Assembly: GCA_038231435.1 (NCBI GenBank)
Contig: JBBRLJ010000002.1
Location: forward strand, 1 to 64,000
DNA length: 64,000 nucleotides
Direction: 5' to 3'
Origin: Planctomycetota bacterium
Lineage (GTDB): Bacteria; Planctomycetota; UBA11346
Shown: one piece after another, positions 18,920-28,893 of the stretch
Layout of the letters: the number at the start of each line of letters is the position of its first letter
Numbering within the stretch: position 1 is the stretch's first letter
Program-made: the position numbers and the translations under genes
Notes under the pieces: generated by a model
Seen by the model: only the letters and a program-made list of their open reading frames with translations
The model's database searches: none
What the model was told of the DNA's origin: nothing

Positions 18920-19846
18920 TCAGAACATCGCCGCGGAAACCTGGCGGCGGTAGTCCGACGGGCTCGAGCCGTGCGCCTGCTTAAAGGCGCGGCTGAAGTG
19001 GAACTGGTCGTCGAATCCCGACACCTCGGCGACCTCATGGATCGGCAAGTCGGTGGTCGCCAAGCATTCGCGCGCGCGCTGGAGGCGTCGGTACCGAACA
19101 TACTGCATCGGTGAGCGGCCGAAGGCCTGGGTGAAGACCGCATGCAGACGTGAGCGCGACAGACCCGCGAGCCGCGCCATCGCGGCGAGGTCGACAGAGC
19201 GCAGATCGCGATCGACCGCCGCCAGCACCGGCGCGAGGCGCTGCGCGGAGCGCAGCGCCTCGATCGCGCGCGGCGTCACGGTCGCTTCGTCCACCAGGAC
19301 GCGCAGGAGCGCCAACCCCAGCGCCTGGCGCGCGCAGACATCGCTGAGCAGCCCACGCTGGGATGTGGCCAGCGCCGACAGCTCACGGTTGATCTCGCCG
19401 ATCCGCCTGGCTGCTCGCCCACGCAGGAAACCGGGAACCGTGATCAGCGACAGCACGTCGAGGGTGCCGAAGACGTGGAAGCCGACGTGCGAGGTCGCGG
19501 CGATCCCGGCGATCGGATGCGAGACTCGGTGATGCACGCCCGCCGGGATGCAGATGGCCGTTCCACCTTCGTAGCTGCGCGCGCGAGCGTCCTCGATCTC
19601 GACGATAGCCCGCCCTTCGACCAGCAAGGCGACCACCGCCGTCGGCATGATCCTCCACCCGGTGGTGTAGCCGGCCGGAACCACCGCGCTGCCGTCGGAA
19701 TCATAGGTGAAGCGCAGCGAATCGGCGAGCACGCGCGCGAACTCGCCGCGCGCGTCTATCAACGGATCGCTCCTCCGATCGATCGGAGCGATCGGAGGAG
19801 AGCTGGGGGTGCTCCGGCCTGGTGTGAACGCTGACTTGGACGCCAT
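18920..19846 (-). CDS. AraC-family transcriptional regulator (cupin + HTH)
   Basis: IPAGVHH cupin; GFDDQFHFSRAFKQAHGSSPSDYR. Confidence 0.9.
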   Translation of the reverse strand: MASKSAFTPGRSTPSSPPIAPIDRRSDPLIDARGEFARVLADSLRFTYDSDGSAVVPAGYTTGWRIMPTAVVALLVEGRAIVEIEDARARSYEGGTAICIPAGVHHRVSHPIAGIAATSHVGFHVFGTLDVLSLITVPGFLRGRAARRIGEINRELSALATSQRGLLSDVCARQALGLALLRVLVDEATVTPRAIEALRSAQRLAPVLAAVDRDLRSVDLAAMARLAGLSRSRLHAVFTQAFGRSPMQYVRYRRLQRARECLATTDLPIHEVAEVSGFDDQFHFSRAFKQAHGSSPSDYRRQVSAAMF

Positions 19847-19995
19847 CTTCGCTGCGGTCTTTCGATGGGATGGGATGGGATGGCGGTCCAACGCAGGCGC
19901 AACACAGGACGAAACGACATGGACGCCGGACGCGGCGGCATGTCCGCCAGTCGCCGCAGCGTATCCTAGCGGTCCAAGCCCAGGAGGAAGACACC

Positions 19996-20829
19996 ATGAG
20001 CGTTTCCGCCCCCGCCGCCCCGCCCACCACCAAACCCGCACGCGTCGACCAGCCGACCATGCCCAGCGTCGCCGAGGCGGTCGACGCACTGATGACTCGC
20101 GGATTCGCCGTGCTGCCCGCGCTCATGCCCGAGGAGGATCGCCGCGTCGCCTCGGCGCTGCATGACGAGTTCATCGCCTCCGGCAAGGCTACCGATTCGG
20201 ATGGCTGCTTCGGCTATGGCATACATCCGCTGTGCCCCCAGGACGGCAGGTTCGCGCGCTTCTTCGCGCACCCCGTGATCACCGCCGTCTGCGCCGCGAT
20301 GTTCAGCGACGAGGTATCGTTGCTGCACACCGGAAGCCGCGTGGTCGACTCGCGTCACGCCCGCCGTGGCGGTCGCATCGGCTGGCACAACCACGCGTTC
20401 ACGCCGCAAGGCCGCGCCATCCTGCCAGGGGATCCGAGCCGGGGCACCAAGCCCGAGCGCCTGCTCTATGGCTGGTACATCGACGGATCGACTCCAGAGT
20501 CCGGGTCCCTGGTCGCGATCCCGCGCCGCTTCGACGACCCGCTCGCTCCCCCGCTCGCCGATCGCACGGTGGCCTGGCCCGGCGAGGAGCGCATCCTCGC
20601 GCCCCCCGGGTCGGCGATCATCTTCACCATCGATGTCTGGCACGACGCCATCTCGGGCAGCGGCGACCAGCGGCGGAGGTTGATGGGGGCGCACGTCCAA
20701 GCCCGTCGCAACCGTAATCCGCATCCCGAGGACCATGTGTTCGCCGGAGCCGAGATCGAAGCGGCGAAGCGGGCGTGCCCGGCGTTCGCGGCGTTGCTGC
20801 CCGACGGTGGCCAGCCGCTGACTAGGTGA
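19996..20829 (+). CDS. PhyH-family dioxygenase-like protein
   Basis: LMTRGFAV, GWHNH, PPGSAIIF...WHDA, RR motif; AGGAGG RBS. Confidence 0.78.
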   Translation: MSVSAPAAPPTTKPARVDQPTMPSVAEAVDALMTRGFAVLPALMPEEDRRVASALHDEFIASGKATDSDGCFGYGIHPLCPQDGRFARFFAHPVITAVCAAMFSDEVSLLHTGSRVVDSRHARRGGRIGWHNHAFTPQGRAILPGDPSRGTKPERLLYGWYIDGSTPESGSLVAIPRRFDDPLAPPLADRTVAWPGEERILAPPGSAIIFTIDVWHDAISGSGDQRRRLMGAHVQARRNRNPHPEDHVFAGAEIEAAKRACPAFAALLPDGGQPLTR

Positions 20830-20833
20830 CGAC

Positions 20834-21241
20834 CTAGCCGATCATCTCCGACGCGTTGCGGATGATCGAGGTGGTCTTGCGATCGGTCGCCTGCTGGGGA
20901 TTGCAGCGGTAGACGAACAGCTTCAGCGCCCTGCGCTCGATAGCCTCCATCAGGTGGGCAGTGCCCCGGCTGAAGCCGTCCCACAGCAGGATGCAGCCGT
21001 CGGCCATGTCGGCGATGCGGTCGTTGCGGATCTGCTCGGCGCGGCCGCCGTAGCGGTTCCATTCGACCGGGATCACCACGCACTTCACCTGCTTGCGCTC
21101 GGCCCATGCCGCAGCGAGCAGATCGGCGCCACGTGAATTCCCGGTGATAGCCTCGGTGATGGCGAAGCCCGCCTGGGCAACGGCCTCATCGAGCGCGTTC
21201 GGGTCGGAGATGGAACGGGATCCGCCGATGATCACTCGCAT
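20834..21241 (-). CDS. DUF2493 / YspA-like SLOG-family protein
   Basis: MRVIIGGSR, GNSRGAD, RNDRIA, WDGFSRGT. Confidence 0.82.
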   Translation of the reverse strand: MRVIIGGSRSISDPNALDEAVAQAGFAITEAITGNSRGADLLAAAWAERKQVKCVVIPVEWNRYGGRAEQIRNDRIADMADGCILLWDGFSRGTAHLMEAIERRALKLFVYRCNPQQATDRKTTSIIRNASEMIG

Positions 21242-21444
21242 GGTCGCCCCCCGGTGACGAGGTCCGCAAACCGCTTGGCCCTGATGCCCCGCTATCCAAG
21301 GAACGGTGGCCTGTCACCAGGGTGACGGATCCGCGCACCGAGGGAAGAACCGAGGTGAATCCATAAGTGCTTGTCGCAGCCAGTGTGGGCCTCTCCGGCC
21401 CCCGGAAGAGAGCGCCACGCAGGCATGATGCCCGCCTCGAGCAG

Positions 21445-22563
21445 TCAGAAATCGGCAGCCTCGGGGACGATGGGCAGCCCGGGGATCTGCACCGAGGTGT
21501 CCGCGCGCTGATCCTCGACGACGATGCGGATATCCGGTTTCAATGCGCCGGCGTCCTCGGCGGTGAGCAGCCCTCCCTTCTGCAAGCCCTCCACCATCCG
21601 TTGCCAAGCCTCCTTCATCGAGGCGCGCGCATCGATCGCCGCAGTGGTGAACGCCGCGGGTCCCGACCAGGTTACCACCACCTCGTCGTGAGCCCTTTTC
21701 ATCGTGTCCATGATCTGCGGCCTCAGCAGGTCACTCAGGAAATCGATGCTCGTCTGCTGGCGGTCCAGCGGGATCCGTTGGCCTCCGGTGCCATGGGCAC
21801 CCTCGGCGGCATCCGTCCGGCGCGCGTACACCGCTTTCTCCCCGACAGCGACCACCACGTCGCCCGGGAGCGGATCCAGCGCCAAGCCATAAAGCACATC
21901 AGGAGGGAATCCTTGCGGCACGATGATGGAGCCATCGCCGAACACCCGCACCATCCGCCGGTGCCCACCGCCACGCCGTCCATCCCTGACGATGAGCGTG
22001 ATGTCGAGCTTGAGCGGACGCAGGATCGGCGCCGCGAGCCGGGGGGAACGGATCGATGCCAGCAGATCGCAGACTGCAACCCAGGAAGCATCCTCCAAGG
22101 GCACGTCGAGCAGGCCGCGGAGGAACGTTTCGTGGACTTTCGCGTCGAACGAAGCGGCGATGATCGCCTGTTCGCGGTGCGCGCCGGCCTTGGTCAGCAG
22201 GCCCAACTCGTCATCGCTCAGTGGCGCCCTGGCGCGCAGCAGATCGTCCAGCAGCGCATCCACCACGCAGCGGCGCTCGACCGCGTCGGTGAACGCGTAA
22301 GCGGCGGCGAGCGCATGGCGCAATGATGCCTGGACCGCGACCGAAGCGCAGCGTTCGGCCTCGTGCGCCGCCCAGGCCAGCGTCTTGGCGTCACGCGTCG
22401 CGATCGCCTCGTCGATCCGCAGTGCCGCGGCGGCATCCAGCTTCTCCGCATCGGGTGCGACCGCGCTCGGGACGGCCACCGACTCTGCGGCCTCGGCGCC
22501 CTCGACACCCATCGTGACGGGCAGCAGCAGTCCACAGATGAGGAGCGCAGGAGCGTGCATCAT
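21445..22563 (-). CDS. Hypothetical secreted protein
   Basis: Long ORF with signal-peptide-like N-terminus, co-oriented with neighbours; no family recognised. Confidence 0.65.
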   Translation of the reverse strand: MMHAPALLICGLLLPVTMGVEGAEAAESVAVPSAVAPDAEKLDAAAALRIDEAIATRDAKTLAWAAHEAERCASVAVQASLRHALAAAYAFTDAVERRCVVDALLDDLLRARAPLSDDELGLLTKAGAHREQAIIAASFDAKVHETFLRGLLDVPLEDASWVAVCDLLASIRSPRLAAPILRPLKLDITLIVRDGRRGGGHRRMVRVFGDGSIIVPQGFPPDVLYGLALDPLPGDVVVAVGEKAVYARRTDAAEGAHGTGGQRIPLDRQQTSIDFLSDLLRPQIMDTMKRAHDEVVVTWSGPAAFTTAAIDARASMKEAWQRMVEGLQKGGLLTAEDAGALKPDIRIVVEDQRADTSVQIPGLPIVPEAADF

Positions 22564-22669
22564 GGGCGTATGCGAACGCCAGCCGCGCGAGCCGGTTCGC
22601 GGGGATTCCGGTTTACACCGTGACGGCGCATCACTCGGATGCCGACTTGCACTCCACCCCGCGGGCATC

Positions 22670-24064
22670 TCAGGCGCCGCCGCTGCGCACTCGCGCGATC
22701 ACTGGCGCCATCAGGCCGCGCAATTCCGCATCGGGCATCGCGTCGCGCAGGCTCTCGAGCTGCTGGATCAGCTCGCGCTGCTTGGTCGGCGTCACCTGCT
22801 TGGCTTGCTTCTCGTAGCCGCTGGCGGCCTGGCGGGCCTGGAACAGCGAGGCAGCTCCGGTGAACCACGCCGCTGCGGCGGTGCCGCGGTATGCCTTGCC
22901 CTGCTCGGCGACAACCTGCTTGAAGGTCACGCCATCGCCGGCGAGCGCGTTGCGCACCGCCTGCTGGCAGGCAGACAGCTCCTCGCCGGCGTGCTTAGCG
23001 AGTTCGTCGATGCGCGCTTGGCGCGGGGGGTCCAAGGCGAGGCCGCGGGTACCCAGATGCAGCGCGATCAGGGCCTTGAATGCGGCTGGGGAATCAGGCT
23101 TGTCGAGTTGCTTGTCGACCTCGGCGATGAGCTTGTCGGCGAAGTCGAAATCGATCTTGCGCGGCATCGGCCAGGTGAAGGCGATGGTGTCGGAACTGGC
23201 GGGGAAATCGCGCGCGATCTGCGCTCCCGCGAATTCCGCTTTCAACCTGACCGCGCCGGTGCCCTTGAGCTCGATGACATAGGCGCCGCTCGCCCAGGTC
23301 GTGGCGTGGCTGCCGTCGCTCGCGGTGATGGCCACGCCGCCACGGCCTTCGCCGAGGCCATAGAAGCCGTCTTGGTCCAGGTCGACGAAGACCACGCCGC
23401 CGACGAAACGCGGCACGCCACGCACGCCCAGATCGTGCGTCACGGAAAGCCTGCCGTCATGCGCCACCGCGGCCGGACCGATCTCGCGTGCCTGGGGAAG
23501 TGCGAGATTCCGGCGATGCCCCCTGCCTTCCTGCATGCCGCCAGGGCCGCCGGGGCCGAAATCGACCAGGAAACCTATCTGGCTCTGCCAGGGATTGCGC
23601 GCGTCGCGATAGCAGTTCTCGGCCATCGCCATCGGGTAACCGGCCTTGGCGCAGCGATCGCCGAAGCTCGCGGCATAGAACCCCGGCTTCGCCGGATCCT
23701 CGACATGGCCGAGCTCGTTGAGGATCATGTACTGGCTGTGCTGGCGCGCGGCCTCGAGCAGCTGCAGATTGAAGACCAGCGGCATGGCCGGAGGCAGCGC
23801 CGCCATCTCCTTGCGGAACATCTCCAAGTCGACGGCGCCCGCGATCCCGTCCACCGCCTTGCCTGGAGGAGCGATGCGTTCGGCCTCGGCCTTGGGATCG
23901 GCGCGGAAGCGGTTGATGTATTCGAGGATCTGGGTTTCTTCGGGCGTCGGTTCAGGCGACGGGGCCACATAGGCCTCCGTCGCGCGCGCGCCGCACCCAC
24001 ATGCGACGGCCAGGATGGGGACGGCGAGGCGCAGAGAGGGTGAGGAGACGCGCATGGATGCCAT
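22670..24064 (-). CDS. Secreted CAP (SCP) domain protein
   Basis: LEYINRFRADP, AARQHSQYM, AEN, GHRRNL motifs; signal peptide. Confidence 0.82.
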   Translation of the reverse strand: MASMRVSSPSLRLAVPILAVACGCGARATEAYVAPSPEPTPEETQILEYINRFRADPKAEAERIAPPGKAVDGIAGAVDLEMFRKEMAALPPAMPLVFNLQLLEAARQHSQYMILNELGHVEDPAKPGFYAASFGDRCAKAGYPMAMAENCYRDARNPWQSQIGFLVDFGPGGPGGMQEGRGHRRNLALPQAREIGPAAVAHDGRLSVTHDLGVRGVPRFVGGVVFVDLDQDGFYGLGEGRGGVAITASDGSHATTWASGAYVIELKGTGAVRLKAEFAGAQIARDFPASSDTIAFTWPMPRKIDFDFADKLIAEVDKQLDKPDSPAAFKALIALHLGTRGLALDPPRQARIDELAKHAGEELSACQQAVRNALAGDGVTFKQVVAEQGKAYRGTAAAAWFTGAASLFQARQAASGYEKQAKQVTPTKQRELIQQLESLRDAMPDAELRGLMAPVIARVRSGGA

Positions 24065-24114
24065 GCACGATAAGCTCCGGACCCGAGCCACAAGCCGGGT
24101 GGCGTGGTCCGCGG

Positions 24115-25413
24115 CTAGGCGGCCGGTGCGGCCAGGGTCGCCAGCGCGTCCGCCACCCGCTCGACCTCCGCCACGGTGTTGTAGTGCGCGAAGCCGATCC
24201 GCAGCAGACCCCCTACTTCGGCAAGGCCGAGCTGATCGATGAGACCTTTCGCGTAGAAGTGGCCGTCCCAAACGAAGATCCCGCGCTCAGCCAGCCGTTC
24301 GGCCGCGACGCGAGGCGAGCAGCGCTCGAGCGTGAGCCCGAAGGTGGGCGTGCGCCGGTCGACGCGCGCCGGATCGCCGATCCCGTACAGCCGCAGCCCG
24401 GGGATGCCTGCGACGAGCTCGAGGAACCGCCGGCTGAGGATCGCCTCGTGCGCGGCGATGCGCCGCATCGCGCGCGCGTACGTCGCGGATCCCGCCGCAT
24501 CGCGCGCCGTGCCGCCTGCGAGCCCCGCGATATAGCCCAGGCAGGCGCGCAGCCCGGCCAACGCCTCGAAATTCTGCGTGCCGGTCTCCCATTTTCCAGG
24601 CGGCATGGACGATGATGGCCGTACCTTGTACGCGGCGAGCGATTCCAGCAGAGGCTTTCGCCCATACATCAGCCCCAGGTGCGGGCCGCAGAACTTGTAC
24701 GCCGAACAGGCGAGGAAATCGCAATCGAGCGCGCGCACGTCGATGGGGCCGTGCGGCGCGTAATGCACCGCGTCGACGTATACCAAGGCGCCATGCCGAT
24801 GCGTCGCGGCGATCAGCGGCTGGAGATCGACGATCGAACCCACGGCGTTCGAGGCGTATCCGAGCGCCACCAGGCGGGTGCGCGGTCCGAGCACGCCAGC
24901 GAGCGCCTCCAACGTGATCGAGCAATCGCTGGGAGCGCACGCGATCGTGCGCACCACCGCGCCGCGATCCTCGGCGGCCAGCAGCCAGGGCGCGACATTG
25001 GCGTCGTGATCGAGGGTCGTGACCACGATCTCGTCTCCGGGCTTCCAGGTACGCGCGATCGCGCGACTCATCGCAAAGGTGAGACTGGTCATGTTCTGCC
25101 CGAAGACGATCTCGTCGGGAGCGCCAGCATTGAGGAACGCCGCCGCATCGGCGCGCGCGGAAGCAACCAGCGCGGCGGTCTCGCGGCTGGTCGCGAATAC
25201 GCCGCCGATGTTGGCGTTGCTTTCCTGCAGATACGCGGTCATCGCGGCGGTCACGGCCAGTGGCGTCTGGGTCCCGCCGGGGCCGTCGGCGAATACCGCC
25301 GGCTGGCCGCCGATCATCCGGGCGAGCGACGGGAATCGGCCGCGCACCGACGCTGGATCGAAGGATTCGGCGAGGTCAGACGAGTTCGATACATTGGACA
25401 CGAGATCGGGCAT
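24115..25413 (-). CDS. Cysteine desulfurase-like class V PLP enzyme (VC1184 subfamily)
   Basis: DGPGGTQ, LDHDANVAPW, VDAVHY, CSAYKF (PLP Lys), ETGT, IGFAHYNT. Confidence 0.9.
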   Translation of the reverse strand: MPDLVSNVSNSSDLAESFDPASVRGRFPSLARMIGGQPAVFADGPGGTQTPLAVTAAMTAYLQESNANIGGVFATSRETAALVASARADAAAFLNAGAPDEIVFGQNMTSLTFAMSRAIARTWKPGDEIVVTTLDHDANVAPWLLAAEDRGAVVRTIACAPSDCSITLEALAGVLGPRTRLVALGYASNAVGSIVDLQPLIAATHRHGALVYVDAVHYAPHGPIDVRALDCDFLACSAYKFCGPHLGLMYGRKPLLESLAAYKVRPSSSMPPGKWETGTQNFEALAGLRACLGYIAGLAGGTARDAAGSATYARAMRRIAAHEAILSRRFLELVAGIPGLRLYGIGDPARVDRRTPTFGLTLERCSPRVAAERLAERGIFVWDGHFYAKGLIDQLGLAEVGGLLRIGFAHYNTVAEVERVADALATLAAPAA

Positions 25414-25473
25414 GGCGTGGCTCCCATGGTGCAGCCGAAGATGGAGATGGACGCAGGAGAATTGGCTGAGCGC

Positions 25474-26106
25474 TCAGGCGGTGATCACGAACACATCGCG
25501 ATGACCGGGATGGTCGCTGCTCGGACGCACCGGATCGGTATAGTGGAAGACGGTCCGGTCATTGGTGAACACCACCTCGCCTGGCTGGAGCTCGCGTGAG
25601 AAGATCGGCGCTGCTTCCTTGTCGCGGTAGAGATGGGTGTTGGCGCCGACGATGCCATGGCGCTCGACGCAGAAGATGCCGACGTGATCGAAGCCATCCT
25701 TGTGGATGCCTTCGGGTGCGGGATCCCCCGAGAACCCAGGCGAGCAGAGGATGCGGATCTGATGCACGCCGAACTCGGTGACCGTCGGATCGATGCCGAT
25801 GTAGTCCACGAAGGTCGCGACCACCGCATTGAAGGATTGGAGCGCGACCAGGCCGTCCTCGAGTTCCTGGAATTCGCGACGGACACCGCCGGCCAGCTGG
25901 TTCACCGAACGGCTCTGCAGGAAGTAGGTGTGGTCGAGCCGCCTCAGGGCACCGGGCTGGCCGAGAAAGTGCGAGAACCGCCGCCTGCGGAAGCGCCCCG
26001 CGATATACGGATCGAGCGGCAGCCGCTCGAAGTACGGGCGCAGCTCGGCCAGGCCGCTGGAGGGGAACGTCTGCAGGTGGTACTCGAAACCGGTGCGCGG
26101 CGGCAT
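25474..26106 (-). CDS. 2OG-Fe(II) dioxygenase, PF10014 (2OG-Fe_Oxy_2)-like
   Basis: DPY...RRRRFS, VHQIRI, PEGIHKDG, VFHYTDP, RDVF. Confidence 0.85.
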   Translation of the reverse strand: MPPRTGFEYHLQTFPSSGLAELRPYFERLPLDPYIAGRFRRRRFSHFLGQPGALRRLDHTYFLQSRSVNQLAGGVRREFQELEDGLVALQSFNAVVATFVDYIGIDPTVTEFGVHQIRILCSPGFSGDPAPEGIHKDGFDHVGIFCVERHGIVGANTHLYRDKEAAPIFSRELQPGEVVFTNDRTVFHYTDPVRPSSDHPGHRDVFVITA

Positions 26107-26257
26107 GGCTACCCCCAGAGCTTTTCCTGTGCATATGCCGAGAACCAGCATCCCACTCCGATAGCATAGCCGCTCGGGTCTGGCCGCGAAAGCCCGAAGC
26201 CACGCAGTCGTAAGCGCCCGGTCTTATGCCGCCGCTACGAGTACGCTGTCCACGCGC

Positions 26258-26635
26258 TCAGGCGTCGCGCCGCCCGGTGGATGCGATGCTGGCGCGGTAC
26301 ACCCACCACATCAGCACCGCCTGCAGGGGCAGACGCGCCCACAGCAGCCAGGGTCGCGTGTCGTGGCCGGGGATGCCGTGCAGCGCCGCCTGGATGTTGG
26401 CGGGGAACACCGCGACCAGCAGCGCGAGCAACCCCCAGCCAGCGAGCTTCCGCGTTCTGGGCACGAGCAGGCCGACGCCGCCGAGGATCTCCGCCACGCC
26501 GCTGATCTCGACCAGCAGAGCGTGCGCGGGCAGGTAGTCCGGCATCATGGCCAGGTAGAATGCCGGAGACAGGAAGTGGTTGGCCCCTGCCGCCACGAAG
26601 AACACCGCCAATATCCACCGTGAGATCGCGCTCAT
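26258..26635 (-). CDS. DoxX-like membrane protein
   Basis: GANHF, SGVAEILGG, VFPANI, RLPLQ. Confidence 0.85.
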   Translation of the reverse strand: MSAISRWILAVFFVAAGANHFLSPAFYLAMMPDYLPAHALLVEISGVAEILGGVGLLVPRTRKLAGWGLLALLVAVFPANIQAALHGIPGHDTRPWLLWARLPLQAVLMWWVYRASIASTGRRDA

Positions 26636-27027
26636 GGCTTTTTCCCTGGGATTTGCCCGGGGACTGGTTCAGGGACTGGCCCATCGACCGGGCAGCCGAA
26701 GCTGATGCGGTTGCCATCGGGATCATAGCTGGCGAAATCACGCATCCCATAGGGATAGGTCTTCGGCGGCGACTCGATGTTGGCGCCGCGCTCGGCGATG
26801 GCGGCGTGGTAGCGGTCCACCTCGTCGGTGAAGATGTAGATATCGCCGCTGCCCGGCGCGCACCTGCCCTTGGTATTCAGGTGGATCCGCACCGGGCCGT
26901 AGTCGACTCCCGCATAGAAGCCGCCGTATTCGAAGCGCTTCGAGAAGCCGAGCACTTCGGTGAAGTACGCCAGCGACCTCGTCAGATCGGAAACGGGAAC
27001 GACGGTGGCCGAGGAGGTCGGAGTCAT
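26632..27027 (-). CDS. VOC / glyoxalase / bleomycin-resistance family protein
   Basis: VSDLTRSLAYFTEVLGF and YGMRDFASYDPDGNRISF. Confidence 0.88.
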   Translation of the reverse strand: MTPTSSATVVPVSDLTRSLAYFTEVLGFSKRFEYGGFYAGVDYGPVRIHLNTKGRCAPGSGDIYIFTDEVDRYHAAIAERGANIESPPKTYPYGMRDFASYDPDGNRISFGCPVDGPVPEPVPGQIPGKKP

Positions 27028-27199
27028 GGTGGTGCCTCTGGGACGATGCCGTGCGCATGATCTGGCCGCACGATGGCGGCGAGCACGGTGCATGTGGTCG
27101 AGAACATGGAGACTCCTGCCGATCGCGCACGCGACATGCTGGTCATTCGATGCGCTCGACCCGCACGCGCAACCGGCCTCCCACCAAAGCCATCAAGGC

Positions 27200-27763
27200 T
27201 CACCCGCTCTCGATGAGGTCCGACCAGAAATCGATGCGCCTCGGCGACCCGGGAACCGGAAAGGGATCGGGGACGCCGAATTCCTCGAACAGGTACGACG
27301 CGAGGTCGTTGCCGTAATGGATGATGTCGGTCTGGTGGACCGAGATCACCGCGTTGCCGCTTTCGCACGGCGCGCCAGGCAGGTAGCGGTGCATGTACAC
27401 GGGGATCAGTCGTGGCGCACGCTCGTAGAGTCCGCGCGCGATGCGTAGCCGATCATCGAGATGAGCGGGGCGATCGCCCCACGCGCCGCACCAGTAGTCG
27501 CCGTTCTCGATGTCGAAGGCGATGCCATCCCATGGCTCGAGGAATACCGACGTATTGGCGTACTTCGTCGCGTAGGACCAATCGAAGAATCCCCGTCCAT
27601 AGGGCATGCCTTCCGACAGCAGCAGTCTCAGGTCCGGGGGAAAGACGATTCCGTACGCCGATTCGCAGACGGCGAGCTGGGTCGCGGACACGCCCTTGCG
27701 GATCTCGATGCCGCGCATGGCGAGGATGCCAAAGGCGTGGCGGCAGTAATCCCTGGTGATCAT
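27200..27763 (-). CDS. SMI1/KNR4-family protein
   Basis: ESAYGIVFPPDLR, APRLIPVYMHRY, VISVHQTDIIHYG. Confidence 0.8.
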   Translation of the reverse strand: MITRDYCRHAFGILAMRGIEIRKGVSATQLAVCESAYGIVFPPDLRLLLSEGMPYGRGFFDWSYATKYANTSVFLEPWDGIAFDIENGDYWCGAWGDRPAHLDDRLRIARGLYERAPRLIPVYMHRYLPGAPCESGNAVISVHQTDIIHYGNDLASYLFEEFGVPDPFPVPGSPRRIDFWSDLIESG

Positions 27764-27803
27764 GACGTTGCCGCGGCCCTGACTGCGTACCGATCCGCGC
27801 GCA

Positions 27804-28277
27804 TCACGCGCTCTTGCGGTAGCGCTTGTCCTTGGCGGTGTCCGCTTCGACCTCCCGCCAGATCTTGTAGATCCAGAAGGCCATCACGCCGAGCATGGCG
27901 AACCACACGATCAGCCAGAGCTTCGACCTGCGGCTGGTCAGCGTCGAGGTCGTGGGCTCCGAGGGCAGGTAGGTGACGCCCACCGTGTTGTCGTCCGGGT
28001 GCGACCACGACGAGGCTGACACGTTGCATCCGCCGGTATGCGAGGCGTTGTCCTTACCCATGAAATGGTATCGCACATCGATCATTCGCGTCTGCTGACG
28101 GCGACCACCGCCGGTGAAGTCGCTTTCCGAATCGATCATCGCCTGGGTCGTGACCCCGCTCACGATGTAGTGCATCTCTGAGCAGGACTTGAACCACGAG
28201 AAGACGAAGAGCAGGAAGAAGCCGACCGCCCATTTGGCATAGGTGGCGAGCTGGTCGGATTCGTTCTGATCACTCAT
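27804..28277 (-). CDS. Hypothetical two-TM membrane protein (DUF3592-like layout)
   Basis: TM-soluble beta region (VRYHF...VTYLPSEP)-TM. Confidence 0.65.
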   Translation of the reverse strand: MSDQNESDQLATYAKWAVGFFLLFVFSWFKSCSEMHYIVSGVTTQAMIDSESDFTGGGRRQQTRMIDVRYHFMGKDNASHTGGCNVSASSWSHPDDNTVGVTYLPSEPTTSTLTSRRSKLWLIVWFAMLGVMAFWIYKIWREVEADTAKDKRYRKSA

Positions 28278-28334
28278 GGATGCCCGTAGCGATCCTTTAT
28301 GTCGGGCCGCCGGTGCGGATTCCCCAGTGGCTCT

Positions 28335-28553
28335 TCACGATCTGTATCTGCCTGGCATCAGCTCTTGCAGCCAGTCCAGCTTCTTGAGGCCGATGACGAT
28401 GGTCTCGAACTCCTTGAATTCCTCGTGCGTCATCTCGGAGAGCTGCAGCGCGATCGCCTCGAGCGCACGGACGTCGTCGTCCTGCGTCATCTCCTCGGTG
28501 CGGAAGTTGATGTAGTCCACGGCCTGGATGAGCGCTAGGATGGCTTTTCTCAT
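28335..28553 (-). CDS. Small acidic hypothetical protein (72 aa)
   Basis: ATG ORF with natural helical composition filling an intergenic gap. Confidence 0.6.
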   Translation of the reverse strand: MRKAILALIQAVDYINFRTEEMTQDDDVRALEAIALQLSEMTHEEFKEFETIVIGLKKLDWLQELMPGRYRS

Positions 28554-28671
28554 GGGCTCTTCTCAGCAGGCGTTCGTGACAGGGACAGTCCCCGCTCGGT
28601 GAGCGCGACAAAGGTGAAGCCCGGCGCCGGCGCCGCAAGTGTCACCAACTGGGCAGAGCCCGGCGACGCCG

Positions 28672-28893
28672 TCACAACTTCTTGGTCGCTCCGAGCGAGG
28701 CCATCAGCTCCTGGCGCAGCGACATCAGCTGGCGATTGAGCGCGAGCCGCGCGGCTGTGCGTTCAGAGTCCTTGGGTGCCTCGGGCAGCTTGACGAGCTC
28801 GGCTTGGATCTTGGCGATCTCCTCGCGCACGCGCATCATGCGGAGGTCGCCCTCGTTCTTCTTGATGTGCCTGGTTGATGGAGGATTTACCAT
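28672..28893 (-). CDS. Small helical hypothetical protein, paralog of 31005-31232
   Basis: Full-length similarity to the 31005-31232 product (DLRxMxVRExI, LRxEL). Confidence 0.75.
   Translation of the reverse strand: MVNPPSTRHIKKNEGDLRMMRVREEIAKIQAELVKLPEAPKDSERTAARLALNRQLMSLRQELMASLGATKKL

Noticed and set aside
20834..21241. SLOG-based defence system (Thoeris-like)
   Set aside because: Stand-alone DUF2493-type gene with no TIR or SIR2 partner nearby
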